A stretch of DNA of 64,000 nt from Gordonia sp. (in: high G+C Gram-positive bacteria) (GCF_052106715.1 NZ_JBQEDL010000013.1:27645-91644); one strand, 5' to 3'; positions 38,741 to 48,002 are shown, numbered from the stretch's first letter. Notes: generated by a model from the letters alone, not told the origin. Made by a program: numbers and translations.

Positions 38741-38764
38741 CGGTGATCGAGCGGAGTCGAGATC
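38741..38764 (+). repeat. Dispersed 24-nt junction element, copy B
   Basis: GGTGATCGAGCGGAGTCGAGATCT in the TetR/purE convergent spacer. Flanked by CCGTCTG (38710-38716) / CAGACGG (38768-38774). Confidence 0.85.
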
Positions 38765-38777
38765 TCTTCAGACGGAG

Positions 38778-39290
38778 TCAGCCGTCGAGGAGCGTCCTAC
38801 GGAGCTTCTCGTCCTTCTCCAAGACCATCTCCTCCAGACCGGCCTGGAACTTCTCCATCGCCGACTGCAAGGTGGGGTCACTCGCGGCGAGAATCCGAAC
38901 CGCGAGGAGGCCAGCGTTTCGTGCACCACCGATCGAGACCGTCGCGACCGGCACTCCCGCAGGCATCTGCACGATCGAGAGAAGTGAGTCCATGCCGTCC
39001 AGGTACTTGAGCGGGACCGGCACGCCGATCACCGGCAGTGGGGTCGCCGAGGCGACCATGCCGGGCAGATGCGCCGCGCCACCCGCGCCTGCGATGATCA
39101 CCGAGACCCCCCGTGACGCAGCACCCTTCGCATAGTCGAGCATGCGTTGCGGCGTGCGATGCGCAGAGACGACGCCGACCTCGAACGTGACTCCGAACTC
39201 GGCGAGCGCCTCAGCGGCTGCCTCCATCGTCGGCCAGTCCGAGTCGCTACCCATGATGAGTCCGACGCGAGGTCCTTGAGGTGCGGTCAT
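38778..39290 (-). CDS. purE: N5-carboxyaminoimidazole ribonucleotide mutase PurE
   Basis: [13 protein letters not shown] ... VVSAHRTP ... [16 protein letters not shown]. Class I PurE signature. Confidence 0.95.
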   Translation of the reverse strand: MTAPQGPRVGLIMGSDSDWPTMEAAAEALAEFGVTFEVGVVSAHRTPQRMLDYAKGAASRGVSVIIAGAGGAAHLPGMVASATPLPVIGVPVPLKYLDGMDSLLSIVQMPAGVPVATVSIGGARNAGLLAVRILAASDPTLQSAMEKFQAGLEEMVLEKDEKLRRTLLDG

Positions 39291-39329
39291 GTTCGAGGCT
39301 CCGATCGATATGGGGTGGGTGAAAGCATC

Positions 39330-40535
39330 TCAGTCCGCAGACGAGTGCGGATCCCAGCCGTCGGTCCAGACGGCGTGGCTCATCCAGTGCGCGGCGCGTT
39401 CGGCGCGCTCGCGGACGGTCTCGACGTCATCGTCCGGACGGCCGACGATGTTGACGTGCCCCACCTTGCGATCGGGGCGCTCACCCTTGCCATACATGTG
39501 GACCTTGGCGTCGGGCATCCGCGCGAACAGGTGGTGCAGCCTCTCGTCCACCGACATGGCGGGCGCCTCTGCGGCGCCCAGTACGTTCGCCATGACGACG
39601 ACGCCTGCACGAGGGGACGTGTCGCCGAGCGGATAGTCGAGCACCGCGCGCAGGTGCTGCTCGAACTGCGAGGTGAGCGCACCGTCCATCGTCCAGTGAC
39701 CACTGTTGTGCGGGCGCATCGCCAACTCGTTGACGACGAGTCGGCCGTCTAGCGTCTCGAACAGCTCCATGGCCATTGCGCCGACCACACCGAGTTCGTC
39801 GGCCAGTCGCAGTGCCATCTGCTGCGCTCGCTGTGCGACCTCGGCGTCGAGCCCCGGTGCGGGCGCGAGGACTACCGCGCACTGACCGTTTCGCTGAACG
39901 GTCTCGACGACCGGCCACGCCGCACCCTGGCCGTACGGCGACCGCGCGATCATCGCCGACAGCTCTCGACGCATCGCGACCTTCTGCTCGGCCATCAAGA
40001 CGGTGTCGCCACCGGACTGTGCGTCGAACACGGCGAGCGCCGCGTCACGATCGTCGACGAGCCACACGCCGCGGCCGTCGTAACCGCCGCGGACCGCTTT
40101 GATCACCACATGCCAGTCGTTGCGGTCGCCGAACGCGATCAGCCGTTCACGGGCTTGGGCGACGTCCCCGGACAGGTCCGCGTAGTCCGGCACCGGCAGA
40201 CCGAGCTCCGACAGCCGGTTCCGCATGTCCAGCTTGTCCTGCGCGAACCGCAGCGCCGTCGACGGCGGACGTACCGCGACCCCCTCGGCCTCGAGTGCTT
40301 CCAGGTGCTCCAACGGCACGCCCTCGTGGTCGAACGTCACCGCGACAGCGCCTTCGGCGGCCTCTCGAAGATCGTCGAGAACCTCATGTGAACCGAGGAC
40401 CACGTCACCGCTGACCTGCGCCGCAGGATCGGTCGTCGTACCGGCGAGCACACGCAGGCATTGGCCCAACGCAATCGCGTACTGGTGCGTCATCCGAGCG
40501 AGCTGTCCACCCCCGATCATGGTCACAGTCGGCAT
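39330..40535 (-). CDS. purK: N5-carboxyaminoimidazole ribonucleotide synthase PurK
   Basis: ATP-grasp. MIGGGQLARM N-terminus, and C-terminal VHMYGKGERPDRKVGHVN. Start chosen at MPTVTMIGGG (40535); the ORF-track start at 40697 would overlap the divergent gene. Confidence 0.9.
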   Translation of the reverse strand: MPTVTMIGGGQLARMTHQYAIALGQCLRVLAGTTTDPAAQVSGDVVLGSHEVLDDLREAAEGAVAVTFDHEGVPLEHLEALEAEGVAVRPPSTALRFAQDKLDMRNRLSELGLPVPDYADLSGDVAQARERLIAFGDRNDWHVVIKAVRGGYDGRGVWLVDDRDAALAVFDAQSGGDTVLMAEQKVAMRRELSAMIARSPYGQGAAWPVVETVQRNGQCAVVLAPAPGLDAEVAQRAQQMALRLADELGVVGAMAMELFETLDGRLVVNELAMRPHNSGHWTMDGALTSQFEQHLRAVLDYPLGDTSPRAGVVVMANVLGAAEAPAMSVDERLHHLFARMPDAKVHMYGKGERPDRKVGHVNIVGRPDDDVETVRERAERAAHWMSHAVWTDGWDPHSSAD

Positions 40536-40714
40536 CCCGGACTCGGTACGGCCCGATTCTGTATGACCCGGTGAGGGACGAGGCGGTTGCGAACTCACGG
40601 CGTCAATGGTGTCATGTCGGCCACGAAACACCGCATTGACGTCCACAGATGTGTATGAGATTGGCCGAGTACGTACACTCGATCGTTGTGCTGACAATCG
40701 ACAAGGCAGTCTCG

Positions 40715-41248
40715 ATGCTGCCGGGGCCTCTTCACCGGCTCGTGATGAAGCACAACGAGCTGATCAAGTTCGCGATCGTCGGCGGCACCACATTCATCAT
40801 CGACACCGCGATCTATTACCTGCTCGTGTTCACGGTCCTCGAGCCGAAACCGGTGGTCGCCAGGATCATCTCGGGCGTCGTCGCGACCATTCTCAGCTAC
40901 ATTCTCAACCGCGAGTGGGCGTTCAAGAACCGCGGCGGACGAGAACGGCATCACGAGGCCCTGCTGTTCTTCTTGATCAGCGGTTTCGCCGTCCTACTGA
41001 CCGCGGCACCACTCTGGTTGGCCAACAACGTATTCGGAATGCGCGAGAACCTGGCCGGTCTACAACTCGTCGTCCTGGACTTCCTACTCGCCTTCATCAT
41101 CGGCAACATCCTCGGCATGGCCTTCCGCTTCTGGGCACTCCGACGCTTCGCCTTCCCCGAGGAAGAGCCTCGTGGCGGCGAAGGCGGATCCACCGACGTC
41201 AATCCGAAACCCGACGAACTCACCGATGAGGAACTCGGTCACGCCTGA
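40715..41248 (+). CDS. GtrA family membrane protein (Rv3277-like)
   Basis: LIKFAIVGGTTFIIDTAIYYLL ... NREWAFKNRGG. Four TM helices. Start uncertain (40649 or 40715). The 3' end overlaps the convergent kinase gene by 29 nt. Confidence 0.75.
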   Translation: MLPGPLHRLVMKHNELIKFAIVGGTTFIIDTAIYYLLVFTVLEPKPVVARIISGVVATILSYILNREWAFKNRGGRERHHEALLFFLISGFAVLLTAAPLWLANNVFGMRENLAGLQLVVLDFLLAFIIGNILGMAFRFWALRRFAFPEEEPRGGEGGSTDVNPKPDELTDEELGHA

Positions 41249-42581
41249 GCTCGACGTCGGCGTGCGGCCGTCGCCCGCGCGCCGGTAGAACGATCGCGAA
41301 CACCACGGGCCGTCGCGACATGAGTTCCAAGCGACCTCCCTCGGCTTCGATCAACGCACGCGACAACGACAAGCCCATCCCACTGCGGCTCCCGCCGGAG
41401 AAACCGCGGCGGAACACGTCAGCCGCGATCTCGTCCGGGATCCCCGGGCCACTGTCGGCGACGGTCAGACGCACCATCTCCGCGGCGGGCAAGTTGGCCA
41501 GACGGACCGTGGTGGTCCCCGCACCGTGTTGCAGCGAGTTGTCGATCAGCACGCTCAACGCCTCTCGGAGCCGACCGGGCTTGCCCTCGATCATCCCGAT
41601 CGCGCCGAGCGTCTCCGAACGGAGCCGTCGCCCCTTCGCCCGGAACGCGGGCTCGAAGTCGCCGATCAGCGTGTCCACCACGTCGCGCGCGTCGATCGCC
41701 CCGCGCCCCGCCGTGTCCTCCCGTGACGCCGCGACCAGCTCCGACAGCTCGCGCGAGAGTCGCTCCACCTGTTCGAGCCCGGCCTCGGCTTCGGTCACGA
41801 CGTCGGGGTCGCTGTGTAACGTCAATTCGTCCAACCGCAGGTGGACTGCGGTCAAGCGGCTCCGCAACTGGTGCGAGACGTCGCCGACTATCTCGCCTTC
41901 GCGTTCTAGTCGCAATGCGATCTCGCGGTTCGCATCCGACAACGCCTCCGCGACGCGGTCGAGTTCATCGATCCCGTACGACGGCCAGTCGGAGGAGAAG
42001 TCGCCGCGTGCCATCGCTCCGGCACGCCCGGCGAGCGCCGTCAACGGTTCGGACAGCCGCCGCGCCGTCACCACTGCGACGATCGCACCGCCGCCCACCG
42101 ACCCGGCGAGAACGACGAACACCACGCCGACCGCCAGCAACTGTTGCGGGCGTACCTCTTCTTGCGGGATCTCCAACGTCATCCGTGCCTGCGGCCCGAG
42201 ACTCACCGACTCCGCGATCGTCTCGTCGTCCTGCTGCGCTCCGATAGCGCGGTGGACCGGCACCACGGTTCCGTCCGGACGGTCGACGTCCACATCGAGG
42301 CTGAGGCGTCCCCGCGACGGCACCAGGAGCCGGAACTGATCCAGGTCGAGCTCATCGATGGGCACGTTGCGCCCGTCCGTCTCCTCTGACAACACATATT
42401 CGGAGATCCGCTTGAGGCTCTCGGCCAGAGTCTGACGTGCCTCTCGCGACATCGCCTGAACGGCAAGGATCGACAACGGCACACCGAGGAGCAGCCCCAT
42501 CAGCGCGACGGTGCCGATCATCATCTTCAGTATTCGACGGCGCACGCCCAGTCCTCTACGGGTCGAACCGGAAACCGACAC
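41220..42581 (-). CDS. Sensor histidine kinase (2 TM, extracytoplasmic loop, HAMP, HisKA, HATPase_c)
   Basis: H-box VGDVSHQLRSRLTAV, N-box LIDNSLQHG, G-boxes DSGPGIP and GMGLSLS. ATG 42581 overlaps the regulator gene by 26 nt; GTG 42545 is an alternative start. Confidence 0.85.
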   Translation of the reverse strand: MSVSGSTRRGLGVRRRILKMMIGTVALMGLLLGVPLSILAVQAMSREARQTLAESLKRISEYVLSEETDGRNVPIDELDLDQFRLLVPSRGRLSLDVDVDRPDGTVVPVHRAIGAQQDDETIAESVSLGPQARMTLEIPQEEVRPQQLLAVGVVFVVLAGSVGGGAIVAVVTARRLSEPLTALAGRAGAMARGDFSSDWPSYGIDELDRVAEALSDANREIALRLEREGEIVGDVSHQLRSRLTAVHLRLDELTLHSDPDVVTEAEAGLEQVERLSRELSELVAASREDTAGRGAIDARDVVDTLIGDFEPAFRAKGRRLRSETLGAIGMIEGKPGRLREALSVLIDNSLQHGAGTTTVRLANLPAAEMVRLTVADSGPGIPDEIAADVFRRGFSGGSRSGMGLSLSRALIEAEGGRLELMSRRPVVFAIVLPARGRRPHADVELRRDRVPHR

Positions 42582-43248
42582 CGCGGACGGTGACGATGTG
42601 CTTGGGCCGGTTCGCCTGGTCGTCCCCGATCTTTCGACGAATCCACGAGACGTGCATGTCGAGAGTCTTCGACGACCTCAAATCCACCGAGCCCCACACC
42701 TGCGTCATTATCTCGTCACGGGCCAGCGCCTGCCCCGGCCGTTCCATCAGGAACTGCAGTAGGTCGAACTCGCGGTTCGCCAGAGTCAGTTCCTCGCCGC
42801 GGACGATCACCCGGCGTGCCCGTGCATCGAGTTGGATGTCGCCGTAGTCGAGCAGCACGTCCTCGTCTCCGACATTGCTGCTGCGACGCATCAGCGCACG
42901 CACTCGGGCGAGGAGTTCGGCGAGACGGAACGGTTTGCCCACGTAGTCGTCGGCACCCGCATCCAACCCGACGACGAAGTCGACTTCGTCCGTGCGCGCC
43001 GTCAACATCAGGACCGCCATCTCCGGCATCTGCGCGCGGACTCGACGACAGACCTCCAAACCGTCGATGCCGGGTAGCCCGAGATCGAGGATCAGAAGAC
43101 CGAAGTCGCCGGACAGGACTTCGTCGAGGGCTTCGGGACCGGTCGCAGCGATCACGCACTCGTGGCCCTCGCGGGTCAGTGCCCGCGCGAGCGGCTCGGC
43201 GATCGCGACGTCGTCCTCCGCCAAGAGGATCGGGCGGGCCCCGGTCAT
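42556..43248 (-). CDS. OmpR/PhoB-family response regulator
   Basis: Receiver domain (ILLAEDD ... LLILDLGLPGIDG ... GADDYVGKPF) plus winged helix (LTLANREFDLLQFLMERPGQ ... TVRGVGFRFDP). Start ATG 43248 overlaps the upstream stop (ATGA). The ORF-track N-terminal extension to 43734 is rejected. Confidence 0.9.
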   Translation of the reverse strand: MTGARPILLAEDDVAIAEPLARALTREGHECVIAATGPEALDEVLSGDFGLLILDLGLPGIDGLEVCRRVRAQMPEMAVLMLTARTDEVDFVVGLDAGADDYVGKPFRLAELLARVRALMRRSSNVGDEDVLLDYGDIQLDARARRVIVRGEELTLANREFDLLQFLMERPGQALARDEIMTQVWGSVDLRSSKTLDMHVSWIRRKIGDDQANRPKHIVTVRGVGFRFDP

Positions 43249-43796
43249 CGTCGACGACCCCGCGCGTAATCGACCCCGCGCCCGAAGTCGATGTCGTCGT
43301 CTTCGTCGAGGATCTCCTGATACAGCTGGGCGTGGACGGATTCGACATCCGGAATGTCGTGGAACGACAACGGTTCGTCGGACGCGGACTCGATGACCAG
43401 TGTTCCGGTGCGCAGCATGCGGTCGATCAGGCCGTGCCGGAACTCGACGGACGTGATGCGCCGCATCGGAATGTCGATGCCCGAGCGGGTGATGATGCCG
43501 TTGCGGTACATGACACGACGATCGGTCACCACGAAGTGCGTGGTGCGCCACGACAGCAGCGGACGCAGCAGCCAATACGCCGTCGCAACCAGCCACACGA
43601 CGATCACCACAAGCGTCAACCACGTCGACGCACCGCTCGAGAGGGAGTCGCTGGTGTGGAGGTAACCGAGCGCCACACCCGCGATCGCGGTGACCACCCA
43701 GAACAACAGCACCGGAACGATGAGGCTCTTCCAATGCGGGTGGCGATGGATGACGACCTGTCCCCCCGGTGCGAGGTTGTCACGCGGATATCCCAT
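43245..43796 (-). CDS. Bacterial PH-domain (bPH_2/YdbS-like) membrane protein (Rv3278c-like)
   Basis: GGQVVIHRHPHWKSL, two TM helices, then THFVVTDRRVMYRNGIITRSGIDIPMRRITSVEF. First gene of the PH-RR-HK operon. Confidence 0.75.
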   Translation of the reverse strand: MGYPRDNLAPGGQVVIHRHPHWKSLIVPVLLFWVVTAIAGVALGYLHTSDSLSSGASTWLTLVVIVVWLVATAYWLLRPLLSWRTTHFVVTDRRVMYRNGIITRSGIDIPMRRITSVEFRHGLIDRMLRTGTLVIESASDEPLSFHDIPDVESVHAQLYQEILDEDDDIDFGRGVDYARGRRR

Positions 43797-43835
43797 GACG
43801 CCCCAGCGTAGTGCGTCCCCACCTCCGAGGTTCAG

Positions 43836-43875
43836 GTGTCGGCGTGTCGAAGGGTGGGGTCGTTACACTCGACAC
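43836..43875. promoter_or_regulatory. GTGTCG repeats upstream of the PH-RR-HK operon
   Basis: Direct GTGTCG at 43836-43841 and 43844-43849. Inverted TCGACAC at 43869-43875. These lie 40-80 nt upstream of the operon start codon (43796). Confidence 0.35.
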
Positions 43876-43947
43876 ACGAGGTGCTCAGGGCCGTAGCCAT
43901 CTGCCCGCGAGTACGAGACTGCAAAATTGCGAAGGTGCCTGCGAGAG

Positions 43948-44559
43948 ATGACGAACTACGATCCGCGTGACCCACGCTACCGAGCGAAGCAGAATCCGCC
44001 GACCCAGGCGTATAGCCAGGCCAACGACTACGAGTACGGCTACACCGAGCAGCAGTACGCCCAACAGGGCTATCAACAGCACCAGGATTATCAACAGCAG
44101 GGTGCCGCTCCCAAGAGGGCATCGCTACGGGGACCAGACGTCGATCCGGTCATGTTCTGCGGCGGAGTGCTGATGACCGGCGTCGTGACCGGGCTCGCCG
44201 CGTGGCTGGTCGGCTGGATCATCCGCACCGTCACGCAGAAGGTGAACGACTCGGGCAAGCTCGGCGTCTGGAATCCGCTCGCCCAGGACGAACTGTGGTT
44301 CGCACTCGTCGGATTCGTCGTCGCTATCCTGGGCGGCGCCCTCTGGTACCTGCTCCAGATCGGCACGCCCGCGCCCGGGCAGTTCTACCGCTGGGTCGTC
44401 GGACTCCTGATCGCGGCGAGCGTCGTCATTCCGCTGGCGCTCTCGGCTGAGATCTCCACCGGCATCGGCACCGCCCTGATGCACCTGATCATCGGGTTGC
44501 CCGTCTTGACGCTCATCCCGACGATGGGAAGCGCGAGCCGTCGCAAGGAACAGCGCTAG
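43948..44559 (+). CDS. Membrane protein with Gln/Tyr-rich N-terminal low-complexity region and about 4 TM helices
   Basis: YSQANDYEYGYTEQQYAQQGYQQHQDYQQQG, then hydrophobic helices. High GC3. No family recognised with confidence. Start at MTNYDP (43948) is preferred over 43927. Confidence 0.6.
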   Translation: MTNYDPRDPRYRAKQNPPTQAYSQANDYEYGYTEQQYAQQGYQQHQDYQQQGAAPKRASLRGPDVDPVMFCGGVLMTGVVTGLAAWLVGWIIRTVTQKVNDSGKLGVWNPLAQDELWFALVGFVVAILGGALWYLLQIGTPAPGQFYRWVVGLLIAASVVIPLALSAEISTGIGTALMHLIIGLPVLTLIPTMGSASRRKEQR

Positions 44560-44568
44560 GCCAACCCT

Positions 44569-45378
44569 CTACAGCGGCCGAAGATGCGTGACGTCGCCCG
44601 CCGAGGCGACGACCGGCCCGTCCTGACCGTTCACCACGACGCGCCCCTGCTCGTCGATGTCGACTGCGTCGCCGACCACCTCGACGTTTCCCGGGAGGAT
44701 CAGACGAACTCGCTTACCCAGGGTGGCACTGGAGGCCCGATAGTCGGCGACGAGTCGGTCCACACCGTCCGGCCAGTCGGCGAGCCGAACCGACAGCGCG
44801 CGCAGATACGCAGCGGCAACGTCGGTGCCGTCGACGTCGCGCCCGGCCAGACCACGGACCGACGCAGCGCTCGCGCCTTCGACATCGGCGGGGTCGAGAT
44901 CGACGTTCACTCCGGTCCCGATCACTGCGATCCCGCCGCCGTCGGGAAGCGGCCGGAACTCCGAGAGGATCCCGGACAGTTTGCCGCCAGGCGCCCCGTC
45001 GGTCGACGGCGCCAGCACATCGTTCGGCCACTTCAACTCCGCCTCGACACCGGCCACCGACGACAGTGCGTCGCGGACCGCTAGACCCGTCAGCAACGAC
45101 AGCCAGCCGACCCGTTCAGCGTCGGACGGTCGGACCAGCACGGTCGCCGATATCGCGAGTTGCCCGTGCGGGGTCTTCCACACCCGGGCGTGTCGTCCCC
45201 GGCCCGCCGACTGAAACCCGGCGATCCGCACGGTCCCCGCAAGCTCCTCGTCGTCGGCACGCGCGATCAGGTCGGCGTTGGTCGATCCGGTCTCAGCGAC
45301 CACTTCGACGGTGTGCCAGCGAGTTCCGACGGTGAGTTCACGCAGGCGCGCGGCGTCCGGAAGAGCGGATTCGGTCAT
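44569..45378 (-). CDS. birA: Biotin-[acetyl-CoA-carboxylase] ligase BirA (group I, no DNA-binding domain)
   Basis: TGSTNADL ... [18 protein letters not shown] (GRGRxGRxW motif) ... C-terminal SH3-like domain. Start at MTESALPD (45378). Rv3279c position. Confidence 0.9.
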   Translation of the reverse strand: MTESALPDAARLRELTVGTRWHTVEVVAETGSTNADLIARADDEELAGTVRIAGFQSAGRGRHARVWKTPHGQLAISATVLVRPSDAERVGWLSLLTGLAVRDALSSVAGVEAELKWPNDVLAPSTDGAPGGKLSGILSEFRPLPDGGGIAVIGTGVNVDLDPADVEGASAASVRGLAGRDVDGTDVAAAYLRALSVRLADWPDGVDRLVADYRASSATLGKRVRLILPGNVEVVGDAVDIDEQGRVVVNGQDGPVVASAGDVTHLRPL

Positions 45379-45419
45379 GCTCAGACACTCTAGACCCGAT
45401 CTGAAACGCCCTTCGTCAG

Positions 45420-45445
45420 CGAATGTGAGGATATTCTCACATTCG
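45420..45445. promoter_or_regulatory. Perfect 10-bp inverted repeat in the birA/accD5 divergent region, plus a putative accD5 promoter
   Basis: CGAATGTGAG-GATATT-CTCACATTCG. TTGACG lies at 45452-45457 and a TANNNT hexamer TAAAGT at 45477-45482, upstream of the accD5 ATGs (45485 and 45491). Confidence 0.55.
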
Positions 45446-45484
45446 ATCCAGTTGACGGGAGTCACACCATTCTCGTTAAAGTCG

Positions 45485-47116
45485 ATGTTCATGACGACAG
45501 CTTCGCGCGACGAAGGCGCTGCACCCGACATCCACACGACGGCCGGCAAACTTGCCGACCTGCGGAATCGCCTCGCCGACGCCGAGCACCCGGTCGGTGA
45601 GGCCGCAGTCGAGAAGGTCCACGCGAAGGGCAAACTGACTGCCCGTGAGCGCATCACCCACCTCCTCGACGACGGCTCGTTCGTAGAACTCGACGCGCTG
45701 GCCCGCCACCGCAGCACCAACTTCGGTCTCGCCGAACGGCGCCCGGTCGGCGACGGCGTCGTCGTCGGTTACGGCACCGTCGACGGTCGCGAGATCTGCG
45801 TGTTCAGCCAGGACGTGACGGTCTTCGGCGGCAGCCTCGGCGAGGTCTACGGCGAGAAGATCGTCAAAGTCATGGACCTCGCGCTCAAGACAGGCCGTCC
45901 GCTCGTCGGCATCAACGAAGGTGCGGGAGCCCGCATCCAGGAGGGCGTCGTCTCTCTTGGCCTGTACGGGGAGATCTTCCACCGCAACGTGAAGTCGTCC
46001 GGCGTGATCCCGCAGATCTCCCTGATCATGGGCGCCGCAGCGGGCGGACACGTCTACTCCCCCGCGCTCACCGACTTCACGGTGATGGTCGACCAGACCA
46101 GCCAGATGTTCGTGACCGGTCCCGACGTCATCAAGACCGTCACCGGCGAGGACGTCACCATGGAGGACCTGGGCGGCGCCACGACGCATATGACCAAGTC
46201 CGGGGTGGCCCACTACGTCGCACAGGACGAGGACGACGCGCTCGACTACGTCAAGGAACTCCTCGGCTACCTACCGAGCAACAACCGGGCCGACCCGCCG
46301 CGTATGCAGGCCGAGGTCGCGTCGGGCAGTATCGAGGACAATCTCACCGACGAAGACCTCGAACTCGACACGCTGATCCCGGACTCCCCGAACCAGCCGT
46401 ACGACATGCACGAGGTCATCCGCCGCATCCTCGACGACGACGAGTTCCTCGAAGTCCAGGCCGAGCGCGCGATGAATGTCGTCGTCGGTTTCGGCCGCGT
46501 CGAAGGTCGCAGCGTCGGCATCGTCGCCAACCAGCCGACCCAATTCGCCGGATGCCTGGACATCGACGCCTCCGAGAAGGCTGCGCGCTTCGTCCGCACC
46601 TGCGACGCCTTCAACGTCCCGATCGTGACCCTGGTCGACGTCCCCGGCTTCCTGCCGGGCACCGATCAGGAGTACAACGGCATCATCCGCCGCGGCGCGA
46701 AGCTGCTCTACGCGTACGGGGAAGCTACGGTCGGCAAGATCACGGTCATCACCCGCAAGGCGTACGGCGGGGCGTACGACGTCATGGGCTCCAAGCACAT
46801 GGGCGCTGACGTCAACCTGGCATGGCCGACCGCGCAGATCGCAGTCATGGGCGCCTCGGGCGCCGTCGGCTTCGTCTACCGCGGCAAGCTCAAGGACGCG
46901 GAGGCGAACGGCGAAGACGTCGACGCACTGCGCCTGGAGTTGCAGCAGGAGTACGAGGACACCCTCGTCAACCCGTACGTGGCAGCCGAGCGCGGCTACG
47001 TGGACGCGGTGATCCCACCGAGTCACACCCGCGGTCAGATCGCCAACTCCCTGCGCCTGCTCGAGCGCAAGCTCGTCCAGTTGCCGCCGCGGAAGCATGG
47101 GAACATCCCCCTATGA
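45485..47116 (+). CDS. accD5: Acyl-CoA (propionyl-CoA) carboxylase carboxyltransferase beta subunit AccD5
   Basis: [43 protein letters not shown] is nearly identical to the Rv3280 N-terminus. Carboxyltransferase N and C lobes. Start at ATG 45485 or 45491. Confidence 0.93.
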   Translation: MFMTTASRDEGAAPDIHTTAGKLADLRNRLADAEHPVGEAAVEKVHAKGKLTARERITHLLDDGSFVELDALARHRSTNFGLAERRPVGDGVVVGYGTVDGREICVFSQDVTVFGGSLGEVYGEKIVKVMDLALKTGRPLVGINEGAGARIQEGVVSLGLYGEIFHRNVKSSGVIPQISLIMGAAAGGHVYSPALTDFTVMVDQTSQMFVTGPDVIKTVTGEDVTMEDLGGATTHMTKSGVAHYVAQDEDDALDYVKELLGYLPSNNRADPPRMQAEVASGSIEDNLTDEDLELDTLIPDSPNQPYDMHEVIRRILDDDEFLEVQAERAMNVVVGFGRVEGRSVGIVANQPTQFAGCLDIDASEKAARFVRTCDAFNVPIVTLVDVPGFLPGTDQEYNGIIRRGAKLLYAYGEATVGKITVITRKAYGGAYDVMGSKHMGADVNLAWPTAQIAVMGASGAVGFVYRGKLKDAEANGEDVDALRLELQQEYEDTLVNPYVAAERGYVDAVIPPSHTRGQIANSLRLLERKLVQLPPRKHGNIPL

Positions 47117-47328
47117 GCGAGAAGGCTGTAAGCGAGAAGCCGTTCCTGACCGTCGTGTCGGGCAACCCGTCGGACGAGGACGTCGCGGTGCTCGTGAGCG
47201 TGCTCGCGTCGGCGGGCGGCGACGGCGGCGGCGACACCGGTCCCGTCACACGCAACGACTGGGGCCGTCCGACCGACATGCACCGTTCCAGCTGGGGCAT
47301 GCCGTCGTCGTTCCCGAACCGCGGTTGA
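47113..47328 (+). CDS. accE5: Acyl-CoA carboxylase epsilon subunit AccE5
   Basis: 71 aa. [26 protein letters not shown] is typical of epsilon subunits. ATG overlaps the accD5 TGA (ATGA). Confidence 0.8.
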   Translation: MSEKAVSEKPFLTVVSGNPSDEDVAVLVSVLASAGGDGGGDTGPVTRNDWGRPTDMHRSSWGMPSSFPNRG

Positions 47329-47975
47329 TGGGTTCAACTGTAGTTCTCGGTTCAGCGTCGCCTGCACGCCTTCGCGTGCTGCGCCACGCCGGACTCAATC
47401 CGCAGGTTCTCGTCGCCGACCTCGACGAGGACGCGATCATCGCCGACATGGGCGACGTTCGGTCCGCCGAGGTCGTCACCCGCCTGGCACAGGCGAAGGG
47501 CGAAGCGATCGTCCCGGCGATCCTCACCGGTGACGACCCGGCGTTCGCCGCTGCCTGTGCCGACGGTGTGGTCTTCACCTGCGACTCGATGCTGCTGCTC
47601 GACGGCGAACTCTCGGGAAAGCCGCACTCTCCCGAGGTCGCCGCAGCGCGGTGGCGGCAGATGCGCGGCAACACCGGTGAACTGATGACCGGTCATTGCG
47701 TGACCCGGCTTCGTGACGGTGCCGTCGAGTCGATTGTCGCCGACCACGTGTCGACACAGATCCACTTCTCGGATGTCTCCGACGAACAGATCGAGCGATA
47801 CGTCGCGACCGGCGAACCGCTGAAGGTCGCCGGCGCATTCACCTTGGACGGGCTGGGCGGCTGGCTCCTCGACGGCATCACCGGTGACCCCTCGAGCGTC
47901 ATCGGCATCAGCCTCCCATTGACGAGAGGACTGCTGTCGCAGGTCGGCGTCGACGTCACTGATCTCTGGCAGTAG
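47328..47975 (+). CDS. maf: Maf-like nucleoside triphosphate pyrophosphatase
   Basis: VVLGSASPARLRVLRHAGL ... GKPHS ... AGAFTLDG Maf signature. ATG overlaps the accE5 stop by 1 nt (TGATG). Rv3282 position. Confidence 0.85.
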   Translation: MGSTVVLGSASPARLRVLRHAGLNPQVLVADLDEDAIIADMGDVRSAEVVTRLAQAKGEAIVPAILTGDDPAFAAACADGVVFTCDSMLLLDGELSGKPHSPEVAAARWRQMRGNTGELMTGHCVTRLRDGAVESIVADHVSTQIHFSDVSDEQIERYVATGEPLKVAGAFTLDGLGGWLLDGITGDPSSVIGISLPLTRGLLSQVGVDVTDLWQ

Positions 47976-48002
47976 CCCTCGCCTGGATCTCGCGAAGCAG
48001 AG

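Noticed and set aside
43249-43734. N-terminal extension of the response-regulator ORF (42556..43734)
   Set aside because: The extension overlaps the PH-domain gene out of frame and is His/Arg-rich nonsense. The receiver domain begins at MTGARPILLAEDD (43248). Similar trimming was applied to ORFs 44569..45720 (birA), 25452..26807 (manB), 39330..40697 (purK), 45278..47116 (accD5), 34364..35617 (NMO), 32854..33867 (DLH), 47097..47975 (maf), 48962..49927 (sseA) and 51888..53822 (accA3).
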